From NCBI RefSeq assembly GCF_006345805.1, contig NC_043021.1, forward strand, positions 13,888,001 to 13,952,000: DNA of 64,000 bases, written 5' to 3'. Below the pieces are notes generated by a model, which did no database searches, was not told the origin of the DNA, and saw only the letters and a list, made by a program, of their open reading frames with translations. This document shows, piece after piece, positions 39,293-52,866 of this stretch; the stretch's first letter is position 1; each line of letters begins with the position of its first letter. Made by a program: the position numbers and the translations under genes. This DNA is from Octopus sinensis. Its lineage: Eukaryota.

Positions 39293-39859
39293 TATTGTAC
39301 ATAACTCATCCACACAGAAATGGACAGAGATAATTTAGCATTGTCAGATTTCATTCAAACTGTTGCTGGAGCACTCTTGCAAATTTGTCTGGTGGTTTGC
39401 CGATGCCAAATCTATAGCAGCAGCAGCTGTAGTCTGTTGCAGTAGCTACACTGGAATAATTCATGCTGTCATTGTAGCAACTACATCACTGCAACGGTAA
39501 TATTACCACCCATGTCCTTGCTGTTGTTCCTTTTTTAATTGTTGTTCTTTTCCTTGTTTGTGGGGTATCAATGCTTCTCTTGGCCAAAATTTTTAAGTCC
39601 TCAGCCTCCTGTTTCCTTTATATTCCTCAACAGAGTTTACTAACTCGACTGAACCACTTCACAGCAATTTCTAGTCAGGGTTTCAAATCCCTTGGCTTGC
39701 AGCTATCTACCCTTTCACACCTATACATACATATTTATATAATTATATCATCAATTGGAATTTTCTCATGAAATTATTTGTATTTTTTAAAAATAATTAT
39801 CTTTTACATCTTTTATTTTGTTTAAAACTGAGATGATTTCATAAAGACTTTTAAGTACT

Positions 39860-40700
39860 GGGGTGGCTTTCATTCCTCCCCCACCACCATACAATAGCTT
39901 GGGTGTGGGTCAGCTTATCCTTCCATTCTTTTGAGGTCACTAAAAGTTCAGGGGTTGCCTAGATCAATATACTGTACTCATGTCCCTAAATGTACTCAAC
40001 TTAGAAATTATTATTATTAAAGCTTAAGGCAGTGGGCTGGCAGTCATTAGCACATCAGGCAAAACGCTTAGCAGCATTTCATTTGTCTTTATGTTGTAAG
40101 TTCAAATTCCACTGAGGTCAACTTTGCCTTTCAGGTTTGATAAAATAAGTACCAGTTGAGGGTTGGGGTTGATGTAATGGACTTAGCTCCTCCCCCAAAT
40201 TTCCTATAGTAGAAAGAATTATTATTATTATTAAGGCGGCAAGCTGGCAGGATCGTTAGCATGCCGGACGAAATGCTTAGCGGTATTTCACCCATTGTTA
40301 CATTCTGAGTTCAATTTCCGCCAGGTCAACTTTGCCCTTCATCCTTTCAGGGTCAATAAATTAAGTACCTGCTGAGTACTGGGATCGGTGTAATCGACTA
40401 TTCCCCTCCTCCAAATTTAAGGCCTTGTGCCTATAGTAGAAAGGATTATTATTATTAAAGCTTAAGGCAGTGATCTGGTAGAACCATTATCATGTCAGAC
40501 AAAATGCCACTAAGCATTTTGTTGCTTAGTGGCATTTTATCAGTGTTTACTTTCTGGGTTCAAATGCTGCCAAGGTCAACTTTGTCTTTCATCCTTTCAA
40601 AGTCAATAAAATAAGTACCAGTTGAACTCTGGGGTTGATGTAATTGACTAGCCCCTCCCCACAAAATCGGGTTTTGTGCCTATAGTAGAAAGGATGGTTA
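39860..40700 (+). mobile_element. Head-to-tail array of about 4 family-A SINEs
   Basis: Each unit ends ...gtagaaaggattattattatt and the next starts immediately with aaggc(a/g)g...ctggcag. Confidence 0.8.
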
Positions 40701-41549
40701 TTATTGTGTCTTCCAAAAGTACTTTGCTTATCTTCCTACTTTTCCACAGATATTAATTTATGAGTCTTGAGAGGGAGTATCTATCAAACCACTTTTTACT
40801 GTCTTTTAATTACGAAGGACATACTGGATACACTTGTTCCTTGATGCACTTGTCTAAATAATGACAGTGATGTTCATAGATAGACTGCTTTTGATCAAAG
40901 GTATGCTTTGATCAGATCTGATCTGAGACAAAATAATAGCAACATTTCTGTGACTCCGTTTCTATCCGTCCATCTTTTCTGCCTACTATTTCTTGGAGGG
41001 ATTTGGCAGGGTGGAGTCCTTAGGCACTTCTTTCATAAGGTCCTATCAAAACTAGCCATCATTATAATTTTTGTAAACTGAAGATAGCAGATTCAACTTT
41101 TTAATTTTTACCAACCACTTTTCTTCAGAGAAATGGAATCTTGAAGCTGATTCCATCTCAGTTTTATGAAATCAAAATTTTTAAGCTCAAAAAAAAAAAA
41201 ATTAAAAAAATAAATAAATGAATAAAAAAGCAAAAACACTTGAAAGTAAAAATGGCTTATACCAAAGAAAATTCCCATTTGTTTATGTAAATAAATAAAT
41301 ATATCATCCTAACCATGGCTTGTCATGTTTCCAGCATGTCTGTGTTCCTAACTTTTTTTCTTTTTTTGTTTGTTCCTTAATATTTGTTCGGTGTTGTCTC
41401 ACTCAAATCTTTTTCTTTCACACTCTTCTCATTTGTTCATTCATTCGCTCATTCACTCATTATATAACCGTTTATTAAAAATATTTGAAATTTCCAAGGC
41501 TGTTAATCTCATCTTTACTGTGTATATTTTACAATATTTTCAACATCAC

Positions 41550-41910
41550 ATTTTCACTGACACAGCATCCAGTCACCACAAATGGGGTTCCTCCAAAGGA
41601 TCTCTGGACTAACATTACTCAAGTATAGTTCAGAGATCAGGGAGTCTCTCCATATCAAGCTGCTATTTCTCTGCTTGGAGAGGTCACAACTCCAGTACCA
41701 TGAACATGCCATTAGAATATTGCAGCAAAGAATTGCAAAACAAATTCTTCAAGCTGAACCAACAGGCAGGAGAACTAGGGGTAGATCAAGAACAAGTTGG
41801 TTGGATAATATCCATAGCTTCAACTGGTCATGCTCGGGAATCCAGCTAGAATGTGTCACGATGGTTCCTTTTGATTGTATCTTGAGGTACCTGTGGATTC
41901 TGCTCCTGTG
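41550..41910 (+). mobile_element. RTE-clade LINE ORF2 C-terminal remnant
   Basis: MGFLQRISGLTLL...SSEIRESL...LERSQLQY...PTGRRTRGRSRTSW resembles the RTE (Expander/Rex3-like) post-RT region EMGFLRRVAG...SSDIRE...ERSQLRW...GRRPRGRPRTRW. Confidence 0.8.
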
Positions 41911-42167
41911 ACTCACCCAGGAATAATTATGAAGAAGAGGAATAAATGATGGTTGTCTTATTCCTTGATGTACGTCTAGGCTGCTAAACTAAGAAGTTTT
42001 TGTTTTCTTATTAAAAGTACTAATGATCCTGACTGCTGACCATTCTACTTGGTTTAGATAAAAAGATCAGGAACCAGTTTTTGTATTAATGAATAACACA
42101 TCAGATTGCAATAGGTGATTATAGTGCTGATGTAAATATCATAACAAAAGAATAAAGTGTAGATATA

Positions 42168-42403
42168 CTGGGTTGGCCAAAAGTCAGCCGACAGTAAATC
42201 AAAATTCCATAAATACCTAATATTCAATTTTATTTATTCATTCCAATCATGAATGTTTATTAATTGAATGTTGTGAGTTAAAATCAGTTTTTTTTTTACA
42301 ACATTTGTCTATTTATTAGTGAAGTCTCATAAAATAATTTTTTGTTTTAATCTTGGAATTAAATGGTTTTGATTTATTGTCAGATGAGTTTTGACCATCC
42401 CTG
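42168..42403. mobile_element. Tc1/mariner MITE
   Basis: TA-flanked imperfect TIRs ctgggttggccaaaagtc / gagttttgaccatccctg. Confidence 0.6.
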
Positions 42404-42739
42404 TATAATGAGGTGGTGTAGATATATTATAATGGTGGGGGGTGGGGGCATAGTGTGAATATAAATATTATAATGATGGGTGCTATAGTGTAGATATATA
42501 TAATGAGGTGGGTGTAGATTACGAGGGGTGTAGATATAAATATTGTAAATATACACTATAAAAACCGAGGTCAATTAGTTTGGAAATTTACAAATTTATT
42601 GACCATAACTCATCTCAGACTTTTAATTATTTCTACTTGTTTAGTGTTGCACTTCTGGTTTGATATTTGCTGCTAATTGTTGTTGTTGTTCTCATTGTTG
42701 TTGCTTTTGTTGAACACTTTTTGTTGTTTTTCTTTAATA

Positions 42740-42770
<31 letters not shown>

Positions 42771-42779
42771 GTAATAGTT

Positions 42780-44305
42780 TAGTAGAATCATTAGAGTGAC
42801 AGACAAAACATCTTGCAGTATTTCTTCTAGTCCTTCACATCCTCAGTTCAAATCCCACTGAGGTTGACTTCACCTTTCATCGGCAATATAAAGTACCAGT
42901 CGGTCACTGGGGGATTGATATAATCACCTTCCCTCTCCTCCCCTTTAAAATTGTTGACCTTGTGCCAAACTTTGAAGCAGTTATTAAGGCAGCAAGCTGG
43001 CAGAGCTGTTAGCATGCTGGACAAAACAGCAGCAGTTTGTCCAGTCTTGTGTTCTAAGTTCAAAATCCACCAAGGTTGACTTTGCTTTTCAATCTTTCAG
43101 AGTCGATAAAATAAGTACCAGTTGAGTACTGGGGTTGATGTAATCGACTTAGCCCCCTTCCTCCAGAATTGCTGGTCTTGTGCTTACAGTCAAATGGATT
43201 ATTATTATTATTATTATTATTATTTCTCTTTTGCTCAGCTTCTAATGATGGAGATGTATTAAGGTGTTAGCTACCAGTGCACTGAAGTAACCCTTTATAT
43301 TTCAAGCACCTTCCAGAGTAATTGAACTGTTCCAAATACAGGTGTCTTCTGCAAGTGCACCATCTGTATTACAACCTCTTTATGTTTAATGAACTTTTCA
43401 AGATCTTGACTTACTGTTCCTAGGGCTCCAACAAAAAGTGGTTTTACTATCACCTTTTTCAGTGACCACGACTTTTTAACCTCCCAAGTTATCCAGTCAT
43501 ATCTATTGACTCATTATTATTATTAGGGTCATAAGTCAGCAGAATATTTAGTGTGAGACAAGATGACTTGTATTTTTTCCAGCCCCTTACACTCTGAAAG
43601 GTCAGTTTTGACCTTCATTCCTCAAGGCTTGATAAAATAAGGTACCAGCAAGTAATAGGGTTGATTTAATCAACAAACTCCTTTCCCAAATTCATTGTCT
43701 TGTGCCATTCTTAGAAACAACAAAGGCAGTAGATTGGCAGAACCATTAGAGTATTAGGCAGACTCTTGCTACTATTTCTTCTGGCTCTTCATGTTTTGAG
43801 ATCAAATCCTGCCAGGGTCAGCTTTGCTTCTCATCCTTTCAATGTCAATAGAAGAAAGTATCAATCAAGTAGCAGAGTTGATTTAATTTAACTAACCCCT
43901 TTCTTCGTGATTTCAGGCCTTGTGCCAGCATGTGCAAGAATTATTATTATTATTCTGCCAAAGTCAATTTTGCCTTTCATCTTTTCGGAGTCAATTAAAT
44001 AAGTACCAGTTATGCACTAGGGTCGATGTAATCAATTTAACCCCTTCCCCCAAATTTGAGGCCTTGTGCCTCCAGTAGAAAGGATTATTATTATTATTAT
44101 TATTATTAAGCATGCCGGACAAAATGCTTAGCAGCATTTCGTCTGCCTTGATGTTCTGAGTTCAAATTCTGCCAAGGTTGACTTTGACTTTCATCTTTTC
44201 AGGGTCAATAAATTAAGTACCAGTAAAGCAATGGGGTTGATGTAATCAACTAGCCCCCTCCCCCAAAATTTCAGGCTTTGTGCCTTTATTAGAAAGGATT
44301 ATTAT
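42780..44305 (+). mobile_element. Cluster of about 6 family-A SINEs, all on the + strand
   Basis: Repeated head, B-box-like and body motifs separated by (att)n tails. Confidence 0.8.
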
Positions 44306-44980
44306 CATGAAGATACTGTATTTGCAGGATCAGTGGAGCAACAGACAGAACACTGTACTGATATTCAAGACGTTTTATGTTTGAAAAATTGTTCATAAAC
44401 TGCAGTTTCTAGCTGCTAGATTTTTCTCGAGGCATTTCTCTATCCATGGCTGTAGTCAGAGATACCAACTGACAATGTCCATGCAGTGGGGGTAACCCCC
44501 AAACTATTTAGTTTCAAAGCAGACTTCTTAACTACGTGGCATAACTGCATGCACACACACACACTTATTGAAAAATGAATGCAAACTGTAGTGGGAAGGG
44601 AGAATAGTGAATTAACCTAATAATTCTATATTTTAATTGTTAATTAACTAACTTACTAATTAATGTTTCAAAATTTTATGTAATCATTGGTAAATATTTT
44701 GTCTGTCCATCAATCTATGTATCTATTTTTCTATCTGCCTCTTCCTACTTCAGTCTCTCTCTCATAATAATTTAGAAATGTCTTTATATTTAATTTTTTT
44801 TCATTTAGATTTAAATATTTTTTTCCATTTATTTTCACCTATTTTCAATGTTGCATGTAATTGTTGTAATTGATGTTGTATGCTATATATATAAATACAT
44901 GCACACACATCCACTCACATATGCATGCACACAGCACAGTATACAATTGCTCACACATGCACACAGACACAACATACACA

Positions 44981-45056
44981 CCCATTCATACGCAATAAAC
45001 ACAGTACACACATACACACCCATTCATACGCAATAAACACAGTACACACATACACA
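44981..45056 (+). repeat. Two tandem copies of a 38-bp unit (cccattcatacgcaataaacacagtacacacatacaca)
   Basis: Direct duplication, unit starts at 44981 and 45019. Confidence 0.85.
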
Positions 45057-45391
45057 CAGATGAGTAAACGAGAGAAGTCTCTACATTAATGCTCAGCATT
45101 GGTAGAAATAAGAGCCAAATCTCCTTAGAACTGTAACCTTGTGTCTTAACAAAAGGATGGACACATAACTAACTCCTGGATATGTGAAAAGATCACATAA
45201 CCATGATTGGAATGACTGGTTGTAGGCCTGCTTGATTTCAGTTGACCTGGGGTTAAATGCTTGCCAACATCCACACACATCCATATATGTATATACGTAC
45301 ATATACTCAAATGCAGACATTTACATGCATGTACACTTATACAGACAATTTTATGTAAATTATCAGATATTTTATTCATAACAAATTAAGT

Positions 45392-45442
<51 letters not shown>

Positions 45443-46074
45443 TGCATACAAAGGGTAGGAGGAGTTTTTGTCAAGGTGGCTCAAACTAATAGGTATGATT
45501 TCTGAGTGCTCAAATAGGTGTGCCTCTAAAATTCCGGTTTGAACAGCAATTGAAGTTGTGGTATGTGATTGTCTTGTTCAAAGAACTGCTAGAAGTGGCT
45601 TCCCCTTGAGTTGGTAGGTTAAAGTAGTGAGGAAAGGCAAACAACTAGGCAAGACTTAACAAAGACATTTAATTTGATTTAATTTAGCTGCATAACAAAT
45701 TGTCCTTATCATGTCTTGCCTAATTTGTTAGCCTTACCTCACTACTTTAACCTATACACACACACACACACACACATGAATACATGATGGAAAGCTTGTT
45801 TCTTTTATAAAAATTCATGCATACATATATTGTATGCAATGTATGTTGTGCATTAAATATAAAATTAATCATGCAAATGTACCCACACACATACATGTAT
45901 ATACCCACACATGCTCCCTGCATAAACAAACATACACACCAAAGTCACCCATATACATACATTCTCATACCATACATATACACAAATGCACAAACACACA
46001 CACACACAGTATGTATTTTAAAAGTCACCTGCTTTGTTTATATTTTATTTTATTTTGTTTTATTTTATTTTCAG

Positions 46075-46149
46075 AAAAAAATCATCATTATCGTCGTCGT
46101 AATTTTGTTACTAGGTCTTTTGATTGGTCTGGCCTTTGGTCTTAGCTAG
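46075..46149 (+). CDS. Syx1A: Syntaxin-1 terminal transmembrane exon: KKIIIIVVVILLLGLLIGLAFGLS*
   Basis: T-rich acceptor ttttattttcag|AAA AAA; phase 0 fits exon 9; KK followed by about 22 hydrophobic residues and TAG, typical of a syntaxin tail anchor. Confidence 0.88.
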   Translation, partial: KKIIIIVVVILLLGLLIGLAFGLS

Positions 46150-46489
46150 TCTTTCTTTGTGTCCTCATCTATCACGTCTATCTGCGCTCCTCTACACACT
46201 TCAATGAGGATTGCACCCGTTATCTGCACTGAATATTCCTACGTCTGTCCGACAACCCAGTGGCTTGCTGTCAGGCAGGCAACCTACTTGGTTACATGGT
46301 TACCTCGAAAACAATGCTATGTTTTGTTTTGTTATGTTTTAACTATTATGTTTGACCACCTCTGTCTGTCTGTGTCTCTTCTCATGTCTGTCTGTCTGAC
46401 TGCTTGTCCCTCTGTCTGTTTGTCCCTGTGTCAATCTGTTTACTATTCAATCATTTTGTATGATTGTACCTTTGATTGTTTTGCTGTGT

Positions 46490-48220
46490 GAGTGGATTGA
46501 TAGAATTGAAATAATACCTTGTGGTGTTTGTTGTGGCTTTTTATGTTCTGAGTTCAAATCAGCTGAGGGTCAACTTTACTTTTTATCCTTCCAGGGTTGA
46601 TAAAATGAAGTACTAATCAGGTATTGGGCTCATATAATTGACTGTTCCTTACCATTTATAAGAAAATATTATTATCATTATTACTAAGGCTGAAGGCAGC
46701 AAGCTGGCAGAATCATTAGCATGCTGGGCAAAATGCTTAGCAGTATTTCATCTGTTGCTACGTTCTGGGTTCAAATTCCGCCAAGGTCAACTTTGCCTTT
46801 CATCCTTTCAGGGTTAATAAATTGAGTACTGGGGTTGGTGTAATTGACTAGTCCCCTCCCTCCAAATTTCAGGCCTTGTGCCTATAGTAGAAAGGATTAT
46901 TAAGGTAGTGAACTGGCAGAATCGTTAGCAAGCTAAGCAAAGGGCTTAGTGGCATTTTGTCTGGCTTTATGTTCTGCGTTCAAATTCCACAGAGATCAAC
47001 TCTGCTTTCATCCCTTTGGGGGTCAATAGAATAAGTACCAGTTGAATACTGGGGTCAATGTTATCACCTAGTCCCCCTCCCCAAAAAACTTCAGGCCTTG
47101 TGCTTATAGTAGAAAAGATTATTATTGTTATATTTAAGGTGGTGTGCTGGCAGAATTGTTTAGCACATTGGACAAAATGCTCAGAAGTATTTCTTCCAGT
47201 GTTTTTACATTCTGAGTTCAATTTCTGCAAAGGTCGACTTTGCCTTTCATCCTTTCAGAGTCGATAAAATAAATACCAGTGAAGTACTGGGGGGGGGGGG
47301 GGGGCGATGTAATCAACCTCCCCCTCCTATCCATAACTGTTGGCCATGTGTCAAGATTTGAAACCATCATTATTATTTCTGATGTCATTAATGTACCAGC
47401 TGTTCTCTTCACTGTGAACTAAGATGGTATATTCTATTCAAGTCTTGACGGCTTTGCAGAGACTCTTTGCAATGCCAAGTGATGCTGTTTTCTGGATGTG
47501 CTCTGTTTTCATTTTTATGCCTGTCTTTTTCAACCAGTTTTTAATCTCTTTGCTTATTATACCTAAGGCACCAACTATTATTGACACTCTATATACACCC
47601 TATTATTATTGCTAAAGCAGCAAGCTGGCAGAATCATTAGCACACCAGACAAACTGCTTAACAGTATTTCTTCCCTCCTTATGTTCCGAGGTCAAATTCT
47701 GTGAAGGTCAGCTTTGCCTTTCATCCTTAAGCACAGGGGTCGATGTAATCAACTAGCTCCCTCCCACAAAATTTCAGGCCTTGTGCCTATATTAGAAAGG
47801 ATTATTGTTATTATTACTATTATGATAGCAAGCTGGTAGAGTTGTTTGCGCATTAGACAAAAGACTTAGCGGCATCACTTTAGATGTTCCGAGTTCAAAT
47901 GCTACCAAGGTCAACTTTACCTTTCCCTTCCAGTTAAGTTTTGGGGGCCAATGTAATCAACAACTCCTCTTAAAACTGCTGGCTTTGTGCCAAAAGTTTG
48001 AAAGGATTATTATTATTATTATAGAAGGCAGTGAGCTGGTAGAAATGTTAGCACGCCAGGTGAAATCCTTAGTGTTATTTTGTCTGTCTATACATTCTGA
48101 GTTCAAATTCCACCAAGGTCAACTTTGGCTTTCTGGGTTGATAAATTAAGTACCAATTATCCTCCACCTCTCTCAATATTTCAGGCCTTGTGTCTATAGT
48201 AGAAAGGATTATTATTATTG
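46490..48220 (+). mobile_element. Array of about 7 family-A SINEs just downstream of the syntaxin stop codon
   Basis: Units start near 46495, 46690, 46902, 47135, 47612, 47825 and 48025. Confidence 0.8.
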
Positions 48221-49936
48221 GGTGATTGGCAAAATTAGATACTAAGTTGAAAGTTTTCTACAGTGAAATTTACCTGTCATCCTCCTACAATTGACTTCAT
48301 CAACTGAACTCCATCTCACCCTGGGCCAACCACATGGTTCTGGGTTCAGTTTCACTGTGTGTCATCCTTGGCAAGTGTCTTCATCAGACCAACAAAAGCC
48401 TTGTGAATAGATTTGGTAAATAGAAACTGGAAGAAGCCATTTGTATGTGTGTGTCTACCACTTCCTGACAACCAATGTTGGTTTATGTTCCTTCATCAGC
48501 CTTTAAAAAAATAAGTACTGAGGTTGATTTGTTGAACTAAATTCTTTGAGGTGGTACTCCAGCATAGCTGCAGTCTAATGACTGAAACGAGTAAAATGAT
48601 TATATATACACACGCTAGTATTAAGAATGTGGACAACAAAGAGGGCTATGTACTAAATAGTGGATAAGATAAATTCTTGCTGTATTGAAATTATCTTCCA
48701 TTAGAGAGAAACTAAACAAACACCTAATGCTGAGCCTTCCCTGCCCTCTGCAACTTCTGTCTCTTATGGCAGCTGTCTTTCTCCTCTCCCTACCTCCTAT
48801 GTATATATTTTTCTTGTATTATACCCCCTCCCCCACATCTATATATCCCTGTGTTGCTAATGTACGTTTTGGGGCTACTAAGTTGTATGATTGTGTGCAT
48901 AAATGTATGTATGTGAATGTTTGTACTTGTCATACATATGTGTATAGTTGTGTTTGTATATATAAATGAATGCCTATTGCTTTCTGTTGTCTATATGTAT
49001 TGTATAATCACACACACACACACAGAGATTTCTGTGTGTATGTGTATCTATGTAAATGTCATATGCATGTATATAGTTTTGTGTATATATATAAATAAAT
49101 ATACACATATTACATTCTGTATTGTATAGTCACATTCTCATACACACAAATTTCTGTGTGTGTGTGTGGCAGGATTATGTTGCATGAAATTACCAATATA
49201 AATAAAATACAAATCTGGGGTGGGGGGAATCAAGACTATAATTAAAAAGTAAATTCTAACGACAAGCTTGAAAAAAACCCCCAGAAAATAACCCCTCCCT
49301 ACAACACTAAATGAATTCTTCCCTTTCCTTATTGCACACTACTTTAAATTATGTCAGCCAAATATCTACTAGAAGAAAATTTATGTGGAAACATTCTTGA
49401 AGTTAATATTCAGTGATCAATAACGAATGAGCATATACAGAATGCATTAGTTTATAATTAAAACGAAGGAGAGATAAAATTCAAATTGATGTTACAATTG
49501 TTTTAGTAATTGAACATTTTTATTCTATGCAACATATATAAATGTTGTATAGAATAAAAAATGTTCATTTACTCTAAACAATTGTAACATCAATTTGAAT
49601 TTTATCTCTTTTTCATTTTAATTATATATATCATTATTCGCTCTGCGAAGCATATTTTATGCCTGTTGGATTTATGAAAGACTTCCGTTCATAATCTATT
49701 GGAGTTTAACTGATGTTTATTCAGTTAACTGAATACAATACGAACCAGGTTCTTACATGAAGTGTTATTGAGGTGATAGCCTGGACTATAATTATCCCCT
49801 CAAATGTAGATATATATATATATGGTGGTTGTCTATTCCTTATGCAGAGTTTGACCACCTCCTGCACCTACACCTTAGCACCATCATGGCATCTGATGTG
49901 ATTGTTTTAAACCAGACAATGTTCTGAAAAGACACC

Positions 49937-50043
<107 letters not shown>

Positions 50044-52168
50044 CACACATAATTGTGGTCTTGCATACAAATACTCTACAATCTGCACCACTTTTTTTTT
50101 TAACAGAGGAGAGCATCCTCTATCTATCCACCCACCCACCACCAATTGATTTCCAGCAGAGAATCCTTACCTCTTCCCCAATATCAAATCCTTCTGGATA
50201 AGCAAGAATATCTGAGTAAAACACCCTCCCATAACCTGATTATTGACAAGTTAAATTTGCTTCTTTTTTTTAAGGAATTCCATGCAGTGGGATTGGTGGT
50301 GGGGGGGGATTGGGCATTTTTTAAGAAGAAAAGGGGTCATTTAAAAATAATATAAAGTAAAAAAAAAAAAGGTTTTTAATTGAAGAAATCCTTCCCCTCC
50401 TTCAATCTTTTCTCAAAATAAAAACAAAAAGAACAGCCTCAACAACGAGTACAGGAAAAGAAGACTTGGAGAGCAAGCAGGTAAACTTATGGAGAACATG
50501 AGTGAGAGAGATGGAGATGTTGATAGAGAGAGACAAGACTAAGTTTAACAGTTGAAACTTTGTTTTAGAAAAAAATCATTGACATTTTGTTTTATATATA
50601 TGTGTATATATATATATACACACACACACACATACATACGTGCACACACACACATATATTAGAATTAGTATACAGAAATGCATATATGCTTCTGTATATA
50701 TATATATATATGTGTGTATAGCTAAATAAGCAAATGAAGAGGTGTATGTGTGTGAATATATGGATATACCCAAATTTGTGTACGAAGAGAGTGTGTGTGT
50801 GTATGTATATATATAATGATAATATATATATACATATATGCATATATAGGTACAGGATGTCACCAACTGTAAACAACATGAAGTATGAAAACAAAGTTGA
50901 ATATGCAAACGAGAGAAAAAATGGAAAACAGGACAAGTAACACAAAGAACAACCCTTCATCAGTTGTCAGCTGTCTATCTACCCCTCATTTTGAGCATTC
51001 AACAACAATATGAGTCTTTGGAGACAGTTGGGTCGTTCTTTGTGTTACTTGTCCTGTTTTCCATTTTTTTCTCTCTCACTGTTTGCATAATCAACTCATT
51101 TGTTTTCATAATTCATGTTGGAAAACAGAACAAGTAATACAAAGAACAACCCAACTGTCTTCAAAGACTCATATTGTCGTTGAATGCTTGAAATGAGGAG
51201 TAGATAGACAGCCGATAACTGATGAAGGGTCGTTCTTTGTGTTACTTGTCCAGTTTCCAATATTTTTTCTCTCGTTGGTTGCGTATTCAACTCGTTTGTT
51301 TTTGTACTTCATGACATCCTGTACTCATACATGCATATATATATACACATATATTATTATTTAATTGAATGACACACATCTATTTCCAAGTAAGTTTACA
51401 TATACACACACACATTCATAATGAATGCATGCGTATGTGTTTGTGTGTTACTATATGTATGATTGCGTGTGTATCTACATATATGTAGATATACATTATA
51501 AATATAATGATAGATGCATATATGTAATGTACATGTAGTGAATGTGTATATAAATCCATATATATGCATATATATATATATATAATGAAATTATGCATAC
51601 TATATATATATATATATATGTGTGTGTATATGACTATGATGAATGTATACATGTGTCTATGATAAATTTGAAAGAAGAAAGTGAAGAAAAAATTTTTCAA
51701 ATAATAATTATAATTTATAAAATTGGATGAAATATTTTATGTGAATAAAAATTAACAAATAAAACATATGAAATGTGAAGTCTTTGGTTCAGTTTAAACT
51801 GGTTTGATCCGATTTGAAATCTATTTTGAATGAACTATTTTTGCTTTACCCATTTGTATTTTAATTCCCTTGTAAAAAAAAAAAAAGACTGTTAATCATT
51901 CCTTTTATGTGTGTGTTTTTAATTATTTCATTTTCTTAATAAAAACAATGCAAGTTTTAAAAACAGTACTTATCAATGGATTGTATTGGTACCATGTATT
52001 CCAGAATTAGGGCCTCTTCTTCGGGAAATTTTCTCCCTGGAATATTGAAATGCAGGGTATAAGTACAAACTATTGATCTGTATTATTATTATGACTTATC
52101 TTGTTTTAACTTTATGAAACAAAACAAATATATATCAGACATTGCTTCATGTGAACTATTAATGTATA

Positions 52169-52372
52169 CAGTGTGGGCCAAAAGTCATGCACCAATGCAT
52201 TTGACATTTTATTTATACAGCATTATCATTAGTTATTCACGTTTGTTCATCATGTACAAGTACATGTGTATTCATCATTATTTTATTTGTTTTATTGAAT
52301 TTTAGAAAATCTGAAGGAAGTTTTTGTTCTAGAGCATATTGAATTTTTGTGCATGACTTTTGGCCCACCCTG
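52169..52372. mobile_element. Tc1/mariner MITE with TA TSD
   Basis: ta-cagtgtgggccaaaagtcatgcac ... gtgcatgacttttggcccaccctg-ta, with only one TIR mismatch. Confidence 0.85.
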
Positions 52373-52834
52373 TATATATAATAAAATCTGTTAGTTGTCT
52401 ATGAGTCAGGAAAGAAGAACACTATCAAGAAATTTCAAGCAGTTACATTTTATGTATTCAAGAAGTCTATTCTGAATTATGGCATATAACCAGTGGTTTC
52501 TCATCTACTATTGCACTTGACAATAGTGAAGTAAATGTGTCCAAAAAGCCTTCTGGCTGGAAGCATGTAGCCTCTTTACTGATGGAGGTAAATATACAGT
52601 CTAAGTCAGTTTGATGGTGGGAGTCCTAAAAGTGACCAAGACTGTATTTTTACCTCCATTAGTAAGAGGACGTTAGTAAGAGCAAATCAACCCCAGGACT
52701 TATTCTTTGTAAATCTAGTACTTATTCTATTGGTCTCTTTTGCCGAACTGCTAAGGTACAGGCATGTAAACACACCAGCATTGTTTGTCAAGTGATGTTA
52801 GGGGGGGGGGACACAAACATATACACACACATGC

Positions 52835-52866
<32 letters not shown>

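Noticed and set aside
50956-51230. ctgatgaaggg in loop B as a hammerhead core
   Set aside because: No GAAA closes a stem II downstream.
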